Origin: Candidatus Segatella intestinihominis
GTDB taxonomy: Bacteria; Bacteroidota; Bacteroidia; Bacteroidales; Bacteroidaceae
Reading direction: 5' to 3'
Length of the DNA: 64,000 nt
Assembly: GCA_900548535.1 (NCBI GenBank)
Contig: URLG01000002.1
Span: 25,711-89,710, forward strand
Below the pieces are notes generated by a model. That model was not told where the DNA came from, did no database searches, and saw nothing but the letters and a program-made list of their open reading frames with translations. Positions within the stretch are counted from its first letter, which is position 1. Each line of letters begins with the position of its first letter. Shown here one piece after another: positions 49,918 to 58,834 of the stretch. Made by a program: the position numbers and the translations under genes.

Positions 49918-50919
49918 CTATTTCTTGTTCAGAAGATAACGATAATTATATACTTGCATAAACGGATTGAGCACGGCACGCACCAGAGCCACAGGATCCT
50001 TCTCGTAGGTATAGAACATCACGTGGCGATACTTCACATACCATCTCACCAATCCCAAGAAAGCCCACAAGCCCAGCTTGCTCTCGCAGCGCATCAATCG
50101 GACGGCATCCTTGTAGATAGGCGCATCGCTCTGTATGCTCTCCAAGAATCCACCCCTCACACTGAAATGCTTAGCCATCAGCGGTTTTACTCGATGATAA
50201 TTCTTGATGCCCCACCATACGATGTAGGCGCCATTGCCCATACCGCGCAGTCGCTTGGTATCCACATCCTTATAGGATGCCGCATCCACATGTCGGCGCT
50301 GCATGGTAATCACCCTATCCAGCAAGACGATGCTATCCAAAGCTGCTGCCGTTTGTCCCAAGATCACGTCATACCAAGTGTGGGTATAGATGGGGCGAGT
50401 CTCCAGATGGCTAGGCAGATGTTCCAAGAGTTCTCTGCGGAAGAGGGTGCAATGACCTGGCATCGAGGCATACATCATACGCACGATGTTGCAGTTGGGC
50501 TTGCGCTCGTCGTAGTGTACGTTCACTCGTTTGTCGCCCTCGTCATAGAAAGGTACGGAGCGGCCTACGCACATCATCTTGTCGCCGATGGCCTGGAGCA
50601 TCACCTCTATCTTATCCAGTTTCCAGATGTCGTCTTGGTCGCTGATGGCAACATATTCGCCCTGCGCCTTGCGGATGGCACTGAAGAAATTGTTATTGAT
50701 ACCCTTGCCCAGTTCATTCTGCGTGATACGGATGATGGGGTATTGCTTGGCATACTGGCGAACGATGTCCATCGTATCATCCGTGGAACCATCGTCCTGA
50801 ATGATGATTTCACAGGGCAGATACGTTTGCCGCACGATGGAGTCAAGCTGTTCCTTGATATATTTTCCACCATTATAGGTACACATCACCACCGATACCG
50901 TCTTCTTATCTTGCGTCAT
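49918..50919 (-). CDS. GT2 glycosyltransferase
   Basis: VSVVMCTYNG, QDDGSTD, SDQDDIW. Confidence 0.9.
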   Translation of the reverse strand: MTQDKKTVSVVMCTYNGGKYIKEQLDSIVRQTYLPCEIIIQDDGSTDDTMDIVRQYAKQYPIIRITQNELGKGINNNFFSAIRKAQGEYVAISDQDDIWKLDKIEVMLQAIGDKMMCVGRSVPFYDEGDKRVNVHYDERKPNCNIVRMMYASMPGHCTLFRRELLEHLPSHLETRPIYTHTWYDVILGQTAAALDSIVLLDRVITMQRRHVDAASYKDVDTKRLRGMGNGAYIVWWGIKNYHRVKPLMAKHFSVRGGFLESIQSDAPIYKDAVRLMRCESKLGLWAFLGLVRWYVKYRHVMFYTYEKDPVALVRAVLNPFMQVYNYRYLLNKK

Positions 50920-51046
50920 ATATTATCTTTTTTCGGGCAAAGTTAGCAAAACTTTTCCTAAATCCAAAGCAATTTGCGCATTTTCCATCGTTTTAGGTTC
51001 ACTTATACGGAATATTTTATTAATTTTGCACTCAAAATAAAGAAAG

Positions 51047-52384
51047 ATGAAGAATATATTTAAGATTAAGAAAGAAGAAAGCATCCTCGCTATCGTCTCG
51101 ATGCTGGTATTCTCAGCCCTGAATGCGGTGCTCATCCATTCCTATCCCGCCAGTTTCTTCAAGGCGGCAAAGGGTGGATTCTGGAGCATCTTCTATAAGC
51201 ATTTCACGGTTTCGGGCTTCGATGCCTATTCCTATATTTTCCTCTCCAACGAGAAGATATATTACGAATTGTCACGCCATCCGCTCTTCAGCTGGCTCCT
51301 CTATCCGGGCAGTTGGCTCAATGAATGGCTCATGGGGTGGACGCACCGCAACTGCGCCACCTATATCATGGCGGTGATGCTCGTGGTGAGTGCCACCTAC
51401 TCAGCGGTATTTTTCTATCGCATCTGCCGAGAGATCTGCTCGGCAAACAAGCTGGATGCCCATATTCTCACGGCATTCTTCTTCTCCTTTGCCAGCATCA
51501 TGCTCACTACGATGGTGCCCGACCATTTCTGCTTCTCCATGCTTTGCCTCTTGGCGAGCATCTACATCGTGGGCTCCAACATGCAGCAAGGCAAGGCGTT
51601 GAAGGCATGGCAGACTAGCCTCCTCTTCCTTTGTACAGCAGGTATATCGCTGAGCAATAGTGTGAAGACGGGCATCATGGCACTCTTCAATAATGGCAAG
51701 AAGGTATTCCAACCTAAGTTCTTCGCCATCTCCTTCATCGTGCCTCTCATCATCATGGGCGGTTTCTTCTATTATCAGAATGAATATATCGTGAAGCCAC
51801 AGCAGGAGAAGGGTAAGCAGATAGAGAAAAAGATGATGCCGAAACGACCAGACATCGCCCAAAAGAATAAGGTTCACGATGCCTGGATGGATGCCCACAG
51901 AGGCAAGTCGGTATCAGACATGCCTTTCCTGAGATGGACAGATGTGTCTACTCCTAGAGGAGAATCCATCGTAGAGAACCTCTTCGGCGAAGGCATTCAG
52001 TTGCATCAGAAGGACTTACTAAAAGACTTGAGCGTGTCTCGTCCTACCTTCATCCGATACGATTGGCCTATCAGTTATGTCTTCGAGGCAATGGTGATGT
52101 TGCTATTTGCATTGGGCATCTTCTATAGCCGCCACTCTCGCTTCTTCTGGATGGTGATGAGCTGTGTGGCTTTTGATATGTTCCTGCACTTAGGACTGGG
52201 GTTCGGGCTCAACGAGGTATACATCATGGCAGCCCACTGGATGTTTATCATCCCATTCAGCATGGCATTCGCCTTCAAGAATGCATCAGGCAAGATGGCA
52301 ATGTCGATGAGAGTCATCACCCTCTTGCTCACCATCTACTTCTGGGCATATAATGGCACGCTCATCGTTACACACTTTCTTTAA
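51047..52384 (+). CDS. DUF6080-like putative GT-C glycosyltransferase (copy B)
   Basis: Paralog of 47454..48857 with the same motifs; own -7 element TAATTTTG at 51021..51028. Confidence 0.75.
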   Translation: MKNIFKIKKEESILAIVSMLVFSALNAVLIHSYPASFFKAAKGGFWSIFYKHFTVSGFDAYSYIFLSNEKIYYELSRHPLFSWLLYPGSWLNEWLMGWTHRNCATYIMAVMLVVSATYSAVFFYRICREICSANKLDAHILTAFFFSFASIMLTTMVPDHFCFSMLCLLASIYIVGSNMQQGKALKAWQTSLLFLCTAGISLSNSVKTGIMALFNNGKKVFQPKFFAISFIVPLIIMGGFFYYQNEYIVKPQQEKGKQIEKKMMPKRPDIAQKNKVHDAWMDAHRGKSVSDMPFLRWTDVSTPRGESIVENLFGEGIQLHQKDLLKDLSVSRPTFIRYDWPISYVFEAMVMLLFALGIFYSRHSRFFWMVMSCVAFDMFLHLGLGFGLNEVYIMAAHWMFIIPFSMAFAFKNASGKMAMSMRVITLLLTIYFWAYNGTLIVTHFL

Positions 52385-52446
52385 GTTAGGAGTTTGGAGT
52401 TAGGAGTTAGGAGTTAGGAGTTTGAAGTTTGAAGTTTGGAGTTTAT
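52384..52446. repeat. Heptamer array AGTT(A/T)G(G/A) x8-9
   Basis: Read directly upstream of licD. Confidence 0.9.
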
Positions 52447-52468
52447 TAGAATTAAGAGTTTTAGAAAA

Positions 52469-53281
52469 ATGGATTTTTACGAGAACATCAAAGAATATAG
52501 CAAGCAGCACCTCAGAACCTGCCAACTCAAGCAGTTGGCTATTCTGGAGGAGATAGACAAGATATGCAAGCGCCACCACATCGAGTATTGGCTCGATGGA
52601 GGCAGCCTGCTGGGAGCCGTGCGCCATGGCGGTTTTATCCCTTGGGATGATGACATTGACATCGGCATGAGCCTGGAAGACGAGAAGAGATTTGAGGAGA
52701 TTGCCCCAAAGGAATTGCCAGCATGGCTCTTTCTTCAGACTCCCAAGACCGATCCTGGATCCAAGGAACCTATCACGAAGATACGTGACCGCAACTCGCT
52801 CTATATAGAGAATGGGGATGACTTCTCTCACCCTTACGTGAAGGGCATCTTTGTGGACATCTTCCCTTTTGTGGATTATCCCGACATCTCTCGCCGTTGG
52901 ATCAAGACTTTGACTCGTGGCATCTCCAAGAGTTATTCCATCTTGCACCATCAACATACTTACTCGCTGCGCTCCTTCGCCGAGTTCTTCTATTTCGGGG
53001 GGAAATATTGTTTGTTTAGTGGTTTGTGGAAGATAGCAAATCTCTTTGGCAAGAAGACTCGCTATTCGGATGTTCCGATACTCAATGGTCGTGGCATCTC
53101 ATTTGACAAGAAGGCAGTAAAGCCTTTGGGTACCATCCAGTTTGAGGGCAAGAAATTCCCTGCGCCTTGCAATCCGGATTCTTATCTCACCGACCTCTAT
53201 GGCGACTATATGCAGATACCACCAGTAGAGAAGAGAGAGTTTCACTCCATCTTCATCCTGCCGGAGCTGGTCAAGAAATAA
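52469..53281 (+). CDS. LicD family phosphotransferase
   Basis: GSLLGAVRHGGFIPWDDDIDIGM, VDIFP, YLTDLYGDYM; ATG 52469 chosen as start. Confidence 0.92.
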   Translation: MDFYENIKEYSKQHLRTCQLKQLAILEEIDKICKRHHIEYWLDGGSLLGAVRHGGFIPWDDDIDIGMSLEDEKRFEEIAPKELPAWLFLQTPKTDPGSKEPITKIRDRNSLYIENGDDFSHPYVKGIFVDIFPFVDYPDISRRWIKTLTRGISKSYSILHHQHTYSLRSFAEFFYFGGKYCLFSGLWKIANLFGKKTRYSDVPILNGRGISFDKKAVKPLGTIQFEGKKFPAPCNPDSYLTDLYGDYMQIPPVEKREFHSIFILPELVKK

Positions 53282-53283
53282 CT

Positions 53284-53377
53284 GGGAGGACAAGTTTGTT
53301 ACCTGCCCAATGAGGAGAAATGTTTTTGCGATAATTGACATTCTTGGTAATTGGGCAGGTAACAAACCTGCCCTCCC
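53284..53377. repeat. REP-doublet-like inverted repeat (28-bp arms) between convergent genes
   Basis: 53284..53311 versus the reverse complement of 53350..53377 shows 2 mismatches; each arm contains a GGGCAGGT-N5-ACCTGCCC-type hairpin. Confidence 0.8.
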
Positions 53378-53381
53378 TGCA

Positions 53382-54416
53382 TTATTTTCTTAAAGCTGTA
53401 ATCGTGTGCTCTAGCCCTTCCTTCAATGAGAATAGAGGCTTCCAACCTAATCTTTCTAATTTCTTGGTAGCGAATATCGCCTTGGTAATCGGGGTGGTAT
53501 TGCCCTGATTGGCATCATCGGGGATGTCGAATACTACCTTTCTGCCTGCTATCTCAGCCACTTGTTCTGCCAAGGTACGGATATTCACATTAGATTCCTC
53601 ATTGGCTATGTTGTAGGCATTGCCATTCTCTCCCTTCAAGAGGATATAGAGAAGTGCCATTGCACAATCCACCACATACGTCCAAGAGCGGAAAGCCTCG
53701 CCCTTGCTCTTTAGCACGATGTCCTCACCACGGAGCACATTGCGGATAAACTGGGCATAAACTCGATTGTCACTCTCCGTGAAATACGGACCGTAAACAT
53801 GACAAGGACGAGCAATGGATACCTCCAAGCCATACTGCTGGGCATAACATACGCACAAGGTTTCTGTGGCACGCTTGGCAGATGGATAACACGCCCTGAC
53901 GGTGGTAGGATTGATGTAACCGCTATAATCTTCCGTAAACTCCCTGCCATCGCCCTCGCCGTATACTTCGCCAGAAGATACATACACCATCTTCTGCAAA
54001 CCATGCGACAAGCCAAACTGCAAGAGATTGTCCACACCGAAGATATTCGACTTCATCACCCCCACAGGGTCTTGGCTATAAAGTTGAGGACAAGCACCGC
54101 CTGCTGCATCCACGATGTAATGGAACTGAATATCAGACTCTAACGGAGCCGTTACATCAAAGTGGATAAAGTGATAATGTGCATTGTCCACATACTGTGC
54201 AAAACGCTTGTTGGCACGCTCCACATTCCTGCCTGCGGCATATACGTGATAATCCATAGTAGCATCTGCCATCAAATGCTGCATCAGCACGTCTACTAAG
54301 CAACCACCAATCAATCCCGTAGCGCCCAGCACCAAGATATTCTTGCCAGAAAGCTCTTGCCAAGGCAAAGAAAAAGCCTCCGCAGCTCGCTTTACATCTT
54401 CTATATATGCGTTCAT
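53382..54416 (-). CDS. Extended SDR NAD-dependent epimerase/dehydratase-like enzyme (probable CDP-pentulose reductase)
   Basis: GATGLIG, SSGEVYG, YPSAK (YxxxK), RP.HVYGP; paired with a TarI-like gene. Confidence 0.8.
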   Translation of the reverse strand: MNAYIEDVKRAAEAFSLPWQELSGKNILVLGATGLIGGCLVDVLMQHLMADATMDYHVYAAGRNVERANKRFAQYVDNAHYHFIHFDVTAPLESDIQFHYIVDAAGGACPQLYSQDPVGVMKSNIFGVDNLLQFGLSHGLQKMVYVSSGEVYGEGDGREFTEDYSGYINPTTVRACYPSAKRATETLCVCYAQQYGLEVSIARPCHVYGPYFTESDNRVYAQFIRNVLRGEDIVLKSKGEAFRSWTYVVDCAMALLYILLKGENGNAYNIANEESNVNIRTLAEQVAEIAGRKVVFDIPDDANQGNTTPITKAIFATKKLERLGWKPLFSLKEGLEHTITALRK

Positions 54417-54427
54417 TTCGTATTCTA

Positions 54428-55147
54428 TTACTTCAACCATTCATCCTTGGTAGTATGCTTCAGAGCCTTAAATAGCTCCACATCCTCCGTCTGAGTCAGC
54501 TTCAAGCCATTCTTCTCCGATCCCATCACCAAATGCTGTTCGGTTACTCCCAACTCTGCCATCAAGGTACATGAAGCCACGGTGCCATCAATGTCTTTGG
54601 CATCAGCCTTCTCATGTGTCTTGAGCAATGTGCCAAGGGGATAGGTATGCGGAGTCTGGGTTCGCACCAATCGCTCACGAGGTATCTCGATGTTCTCCAC
54701 ACAGTCGCCCACCTTCTGCATGATAGCCTCCTTGCATATCATGCCCGTGATGGCATAGCCATACTTCTTGCATTTCTCTATGTTCTCTGTGATGATACGC
54801 TCCGACACCAGTGGGCGCACACCATCATGCACCAAGATGATGTCATCCTCGTCGCATCCCGCATCTCGCAGTCCCCACAAGCCATTGCGAATGGAGTGCT
54901 GGTTGCTGTCTCCGCCCTCGAATATCCACTTCAACTTGGTGATATTAAACTGGTTGGCGTATGCCTGTAGCACCACTTCCCAACCCTTCAGACAAACCAC
55001 GCAGATATTGTCTATCAGCGGATGATTCTGAAAAGCCTGCATCGTATAGATGATAACGGGCACATTGTCGATGGTCATAAACTGCTTGGGAATGTCCTGT
55101 CCCATGCGGTTACCCACACCTCCTGCTGTCAATAAAGCTATGTTCAT
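54428..55147 (-). CDS. IspD/TarI-family cytidylyltransferase
   Basis: TAGGVGNRMG..PKQF, HDGVRPL, TQTPH; second IspD-like paralog, in glycan context. Confidence 0.87.
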   Translation of the reverse strand: MNIALLTAGGVGNRMGQDIPKQFMTIDNVPVIIYTMQAFQNHPLIDNICVVCLKGWEVVLQAYANQFNITKLKWIFEGGDSNQHSIRNGLWGLRDAGCDEDDIILVHDGVRPLVSERIITENIEKCKKYGYAITGMICKEAIMQKVGDCVENIEIPRERLVRTQTPHTYPLGTLLKTHEKADAKDIDGTVASCTLMAELGVTEQHLVMGSEKNGLKLTQTEDVELFKALKHTTKDEWLK

Positions 55148-55190
55148 AACTCTGTATCTTATTATTGTTCAACAAATTATCTTATTCATA

Positions 55191-56153
55191 TCATGACTCT
55201 CGGCTGTATTGCGTATTGCGATAAGCAAATATCAGCGGATAGCAAAACGAGCGCACCTTGCCCATCAGTCCCTTCTGGTTCTTGCTATAGTATATCTTGT
55301 CACCATGCTTCAGGCAGAGATAACACAAGCAGAAGAGTGCCAAGAGGTTGCGATGCAACATGTAGCGAGCCATCTGATGCGCCAAGGCAAATCGTGGCTC
55401 CCTCGTGTTTCTATATATGTAGGTATAGAGCATCTTCCAGTTGGGCAACTTTTGCAATCTGCGATAGTTGGCGATACCGTAGAGATAAGGCTGATAGGTG
55501 GGATGAGCATCTATCTTCTTGCCAGCCTTGCGCATCTCCTCATGGCACGCCGAAGCCAAATTGGTACGATGCCAGTTGAGCGGTTCGTCCACCATCACGA
55601 TGCCTCCATGCAGTTGAGCACAGATGGCAAGGCTCCAATCATACATCATCTTAGGCAACCAATACTCATCGGTCTGGATAAACTCTCTACGCAAGAGCAT
55701 GGTATGGCCTGCAAAACCACAGAAGAGCAATGCCTCCAGCGAGTATTGGGGATTCACCAGATGGGTATGTTCCATATCAGCCCCTCGCAGATGAGTGGAG
55801 AAGCAGATATCATGATTGCCGATGGCTGCCACTTGCTTCTCTATCTTGGTGGGAAACCACACATCGTCTTGGTCGCTGAAAGCCACGAAATCGCCCGTTG
55901 CCTTCATAGCAGCCGACTTAAAGTTGGCATTGAATCCCAGATTGTGCTCATTCCTGGAGAAATGCACAATCGGATATTTCTCTTGATACGCCTGACAGAT
56001 GGCGATGGTATCATCCGTAGAACCATCGTCCTGAATGATGATTTCCTTCAGGGGATAGGTCTGGGCAAGAATGGAATCCAATTGCTCGCGGATGTATTTA
56101 GCGCCATTATAAGTTCCCATGATAATGGAGACGGTCTTTTCTGTATTCATCAT
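55191..56153 (-). CDS. GT2 glycosyltransferase
   Basis: VSIIMGTYNG, QDDGSTD, SDQDDVW; paralog of 49918..50919. Confidence 0.9.
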   Translation of the reverse strand: MMNTEKTVSIIMGTYNGAKYIREQLDSILAQTYPLKEIIIQDDGSTDDTIAICQAYQEKYPIVHFSRNEHNLGFNANFKSAAMKATGDFVAFSDQDDVWFPTKIEKQVAAIGNHDICFSTHLRGADMEHTHLVNPQYSLEALLFCGFAGHTMLLRREFIQTDEYWLPKMMYDWSLAICAQLHGGIVMVDEPLNWHRTNLASACHEEMRKAGKKIDAHPTYQPYLYGIANYRRLQKLPNWKMLYTYIYRNTREPRFALAHQMARYMLHRNLLALFCLCYLCLKHGDKIYYSKNQKGLMGKVRSFCYPLIFAYRNTQYSRES

Positions 56154-57592
56154 TTTCCCAATTTACGTTTCACAAAACCCATACATTCCTTCAATATCGC
56201 TGCTCCTGCCACTCTCATCACCAGATAATAAAGCACCACTGCCATGGCAATGCGACAGAGCAAAAGCAACACCAAGTTACGGATACTCATGGTGGCAAGA
56301 TAAGTAGCTACCATCACGCCTAGGGCAGAAAGTGCAAATGGCAGGATGTCTTTTAAGAACATCCACACTCGATAGCCAATGAGACGATTGACAAAATGTT
56401 GCCATACGAAGAGCCATATCAGGTTGAGCCCCACATAGACAATGACCATATTGCGGATGCCCCAATGCCAGATGAGTGCCATTGTGACGATTTGCACGAT
56501 ACCCAAAGAGAAAGTAACCCAGAAGAAGGTGCCACTCTTGCCATTGCTCACGATCAAGCTAGACATCAACTGGCACATCGGTATCACCGCACCGCTAATG
56601 CAAAGAATCTGCAAGAGTTCGGCACTAGCCAACCACTTGTCGGTGATGGCAAGCACGATAAATTCACGAGCCACCATGCCAAAGCCAAACATCAGGGGGA
56701 AGGAGATGAACGCCGTGAAGCGAATCAACTTGCGCAATGCCTCCAACTGGCGGTCCTTCTGCTCTCTAAGACTCACCAATACAGGCTGCGCCACCGAGTC
56801 GATCATACCTTGTATCACATAATAAGCCTTGAAGTTCCACTGCGAAGCTTGGTTGTAATTACCCGTATCATGCGCCGTAAAGTAGTGACCCAGCAAGATA
56901 TTGAGCACATTATTATTAATATGTGTAGTGATGGTGGTGGCAAGCAACTTGCAACTGAATCGGAACATACGTTTCACTGGCTCGAAATCAAATCGAAGGC
57001 TTGGTCTCCAAGGCGAATAATACCAAAACAAGAGGGTATTCACGATATTGTACACCAAGGTCTGTGTGGCTAACGCCCAATAAGCAAAGCCCGCAAAAGC
57101 CATCGCCACACCCACGATGCTGGATGACAAAGTAGCTATGATACTAGCCTGCGCCTTCTGCTTCACCATCATATTCTTGAAGAGGTAAGCCGACTGGGCT
57201 GTGCAAAGACTCGATACCAACACCGAGAGGAAGGCATAGCGGCAAAGCGGTATCAGGGCTGGCGTATGATAATAATCAGCTATCCAAGGGGCAGAGACAA
57301 AGAGCACGACATAGAGGAAACTGCCCACGGTGATGTTAAACCAAAACACAGAGTTGTAGTCATTGTCCGTTGGTTCCTTCAGATTGGTAATAGCCGTGAT
57401 AAAGCCAGAATTTTGCAAAGCATTGGCTATCAAAGAGAAAACGGTTATCATGGCTATCATGCCATAATCGCTAGGACTCAACAGTCGTCCCAGCACAATA
57501 CCAAACAAGAGACCGATGAGTTGCATCGCTCCATTGTTCATGGCTCCCCAAAAGAGCCCCTTTGCCGTTTTTTCCTTTAATGATTCTGCCAT
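56150..57592 (-). CDS. Wzx/WzxC-like polysaccharide flippase
   Basis: SLKEKTAKGLFW, LGRLLSPSDYGMIA, YNSVFWFN; multi-TM. -7 element at 57633..57640. Confidence 0.88.
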   Translation of the reverse strand: MAESLKEKTAKGLFWGAMNNGAMQLIGLLFGIVLGRLLSPSDYGMIAMITVFSLIANALQNSGFITAITNLKEPTDNDYNSVFWFNITVGSFLYVVLFVSAPWIADYYHTPALIPLCRYAFLSVLVSSLCTAQSAYLFKNMMVKQKAQASIIATLSSSIVGVAMAFAGFAYWALATQTLVYNIVNTLLFWYYSPWRPSLRFDFEPVKRMFRFSCKLLATTITTHINNNVLNILLGHYFTAHDTGNYNQASQWNFKAYYVIQGMIDSVAQPVLVSLREQKDRQLEALRKLIRFTAFISFPLMFGFGMVAREFIVLAITDKWLASAELLQILCISGAVIPMCQLMSSLIVSNGKSGTFFWVTFSLGIVQIVTMALIWHWGIRNMVIVYVGLNLIWLFVWQHFVNRLIGYRVWMFLKDILPFALSALGVMVATYLATMSIRNLVLLLLCRIAMAVVLYYLVMRVAGAAILKECMGFVKRKLGK

Positions 57593-57683
57593 TCTACTTT
57601 GTTCTGATTACTAATAAAAGCATAAAACACTGCAAAGATACAACAAAAATATAAGAACAGCGTGTTTTTCTTGAAAAAATAAC

Positions 57684-57720
57684 AAAAGAAAAGGTGCTTG
57701 TCATCCCGACAAGCACCTTT
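57684..57720 (-). terminator. Intrinsic terminator downstream of the ThiE-like gene
   Basis: Perfect 13-bp stem AAAGGTGCTTGTC/GACAAGCACCTTT with T-run on the minus strand. Confidence 0.85.
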
Positions 57721-57906
57721 CTAGATGATAAAATACCCAATCAGTGACCTATAAAATCACCTGATTCTATCTAAAATACCTATTAAATACTGAAAATACT
57801 ATCTTTTAGACCTTAAATCAACCAAATACCAATTTACTAAAATATAACACTAAAACTTAAATCAAATTATCTATAAAAAAATCAATCCTGTTTGTATATG
57901 CAATCC

Positions 57907-58332
57907 TTAAGCGTAAGCAAGTTCCTGAGAACCTGATACTTCCATTTCAAACATCTTATACCCCAACTCATCGCCATTGGTGCAATCAGCACCCATAGCA
58001 TGGCAACGACGTGCGTCCTTGCTACTATTGGCATCTACACAGATCAAGTAACGAGCACCCAAAGCCTTGCGAGCTGCTGGGATATTGGTCTCATTGCTCA
58101 AATGTACGCCATTAGCCTTCACCTGCTTTACCAAGTGAACATGATCCTCTATAATAAGGTATGCGTGATATTCATCACACAACTCCTTAATAGAAGAAGC
58201 TACATTGACAAACTCTGCGTCAGATGTCTCTGACAAGCGAAGTTGTATCCATTGGCAACCGTTCTTAAGAGCGATCTTTACATTTTCTGTATATTTTGCC
58301 ATATCTGCTGAAGTTGTATTTACCTGTATCAT
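57907..58332 (-). CDS. Truncated, degenerate thiamine-phosphate synthase (ThiE/TenI)-like protein, 141 aa
   Basis: GCQWIQLR, LC..Y.A.LII.D, GVHL, AR..LG, GAD. Own -7 element at 58371..58378. Confidence 0.7.
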   Translation of the reverse strand: MIQVNTTSADMAKYTENVKIALKNGCQWIQLRLSETSDAEFVNVASSIKELCDEYHAYLIIEDHVHLVKQVKANGVHLSNETNIPAARKALGARYLICVDANSSKDARRCHAMGADCTNGDELGYKMFEMEVSGSQELAYA

Positions 58333-58834
58333 AAGTCTACAATTTTAATCTATTCGTTGTTTTCTGGGTGCAAAATTAGAGGAAATATTACACGTATAGG
58401 GGTAAATATTCACTTTTAGGGTGGTAAATTTCGTTATTATCCGCATTTTCAACGACCAAAAAGACTTCGGTTTCATAATTTACTCCGAGACGATTGTTTC
58501 ACTTTCAATTGGAAACTGCCAGAAAGAAAGAAAAACCAACAAAATAGCATAACTTCCTAATTAACAGCATTGTTCACATAGTCTCATTTGAGGAATGAAA
58601 CAGTTTCTTTCCTACGAATTTTCGTTCATTATGCGGTAAAACGAGAAAAAAATCGTCCAATTTTTCCCTTTTTACAAGGAAAAAGAAAAAATAATATTTT
58701 TTCTACCAAAACAAGATTTCGCCACCTATTTTTCCCTTAAACAGAGTCTATAATTTACTAAATATTGTAAAGAATCAAAGCATTTCAGTCGCTTTTTCGT
58801 ATCTTTGCAATTGAAATTAAATGAAAATAAGACA

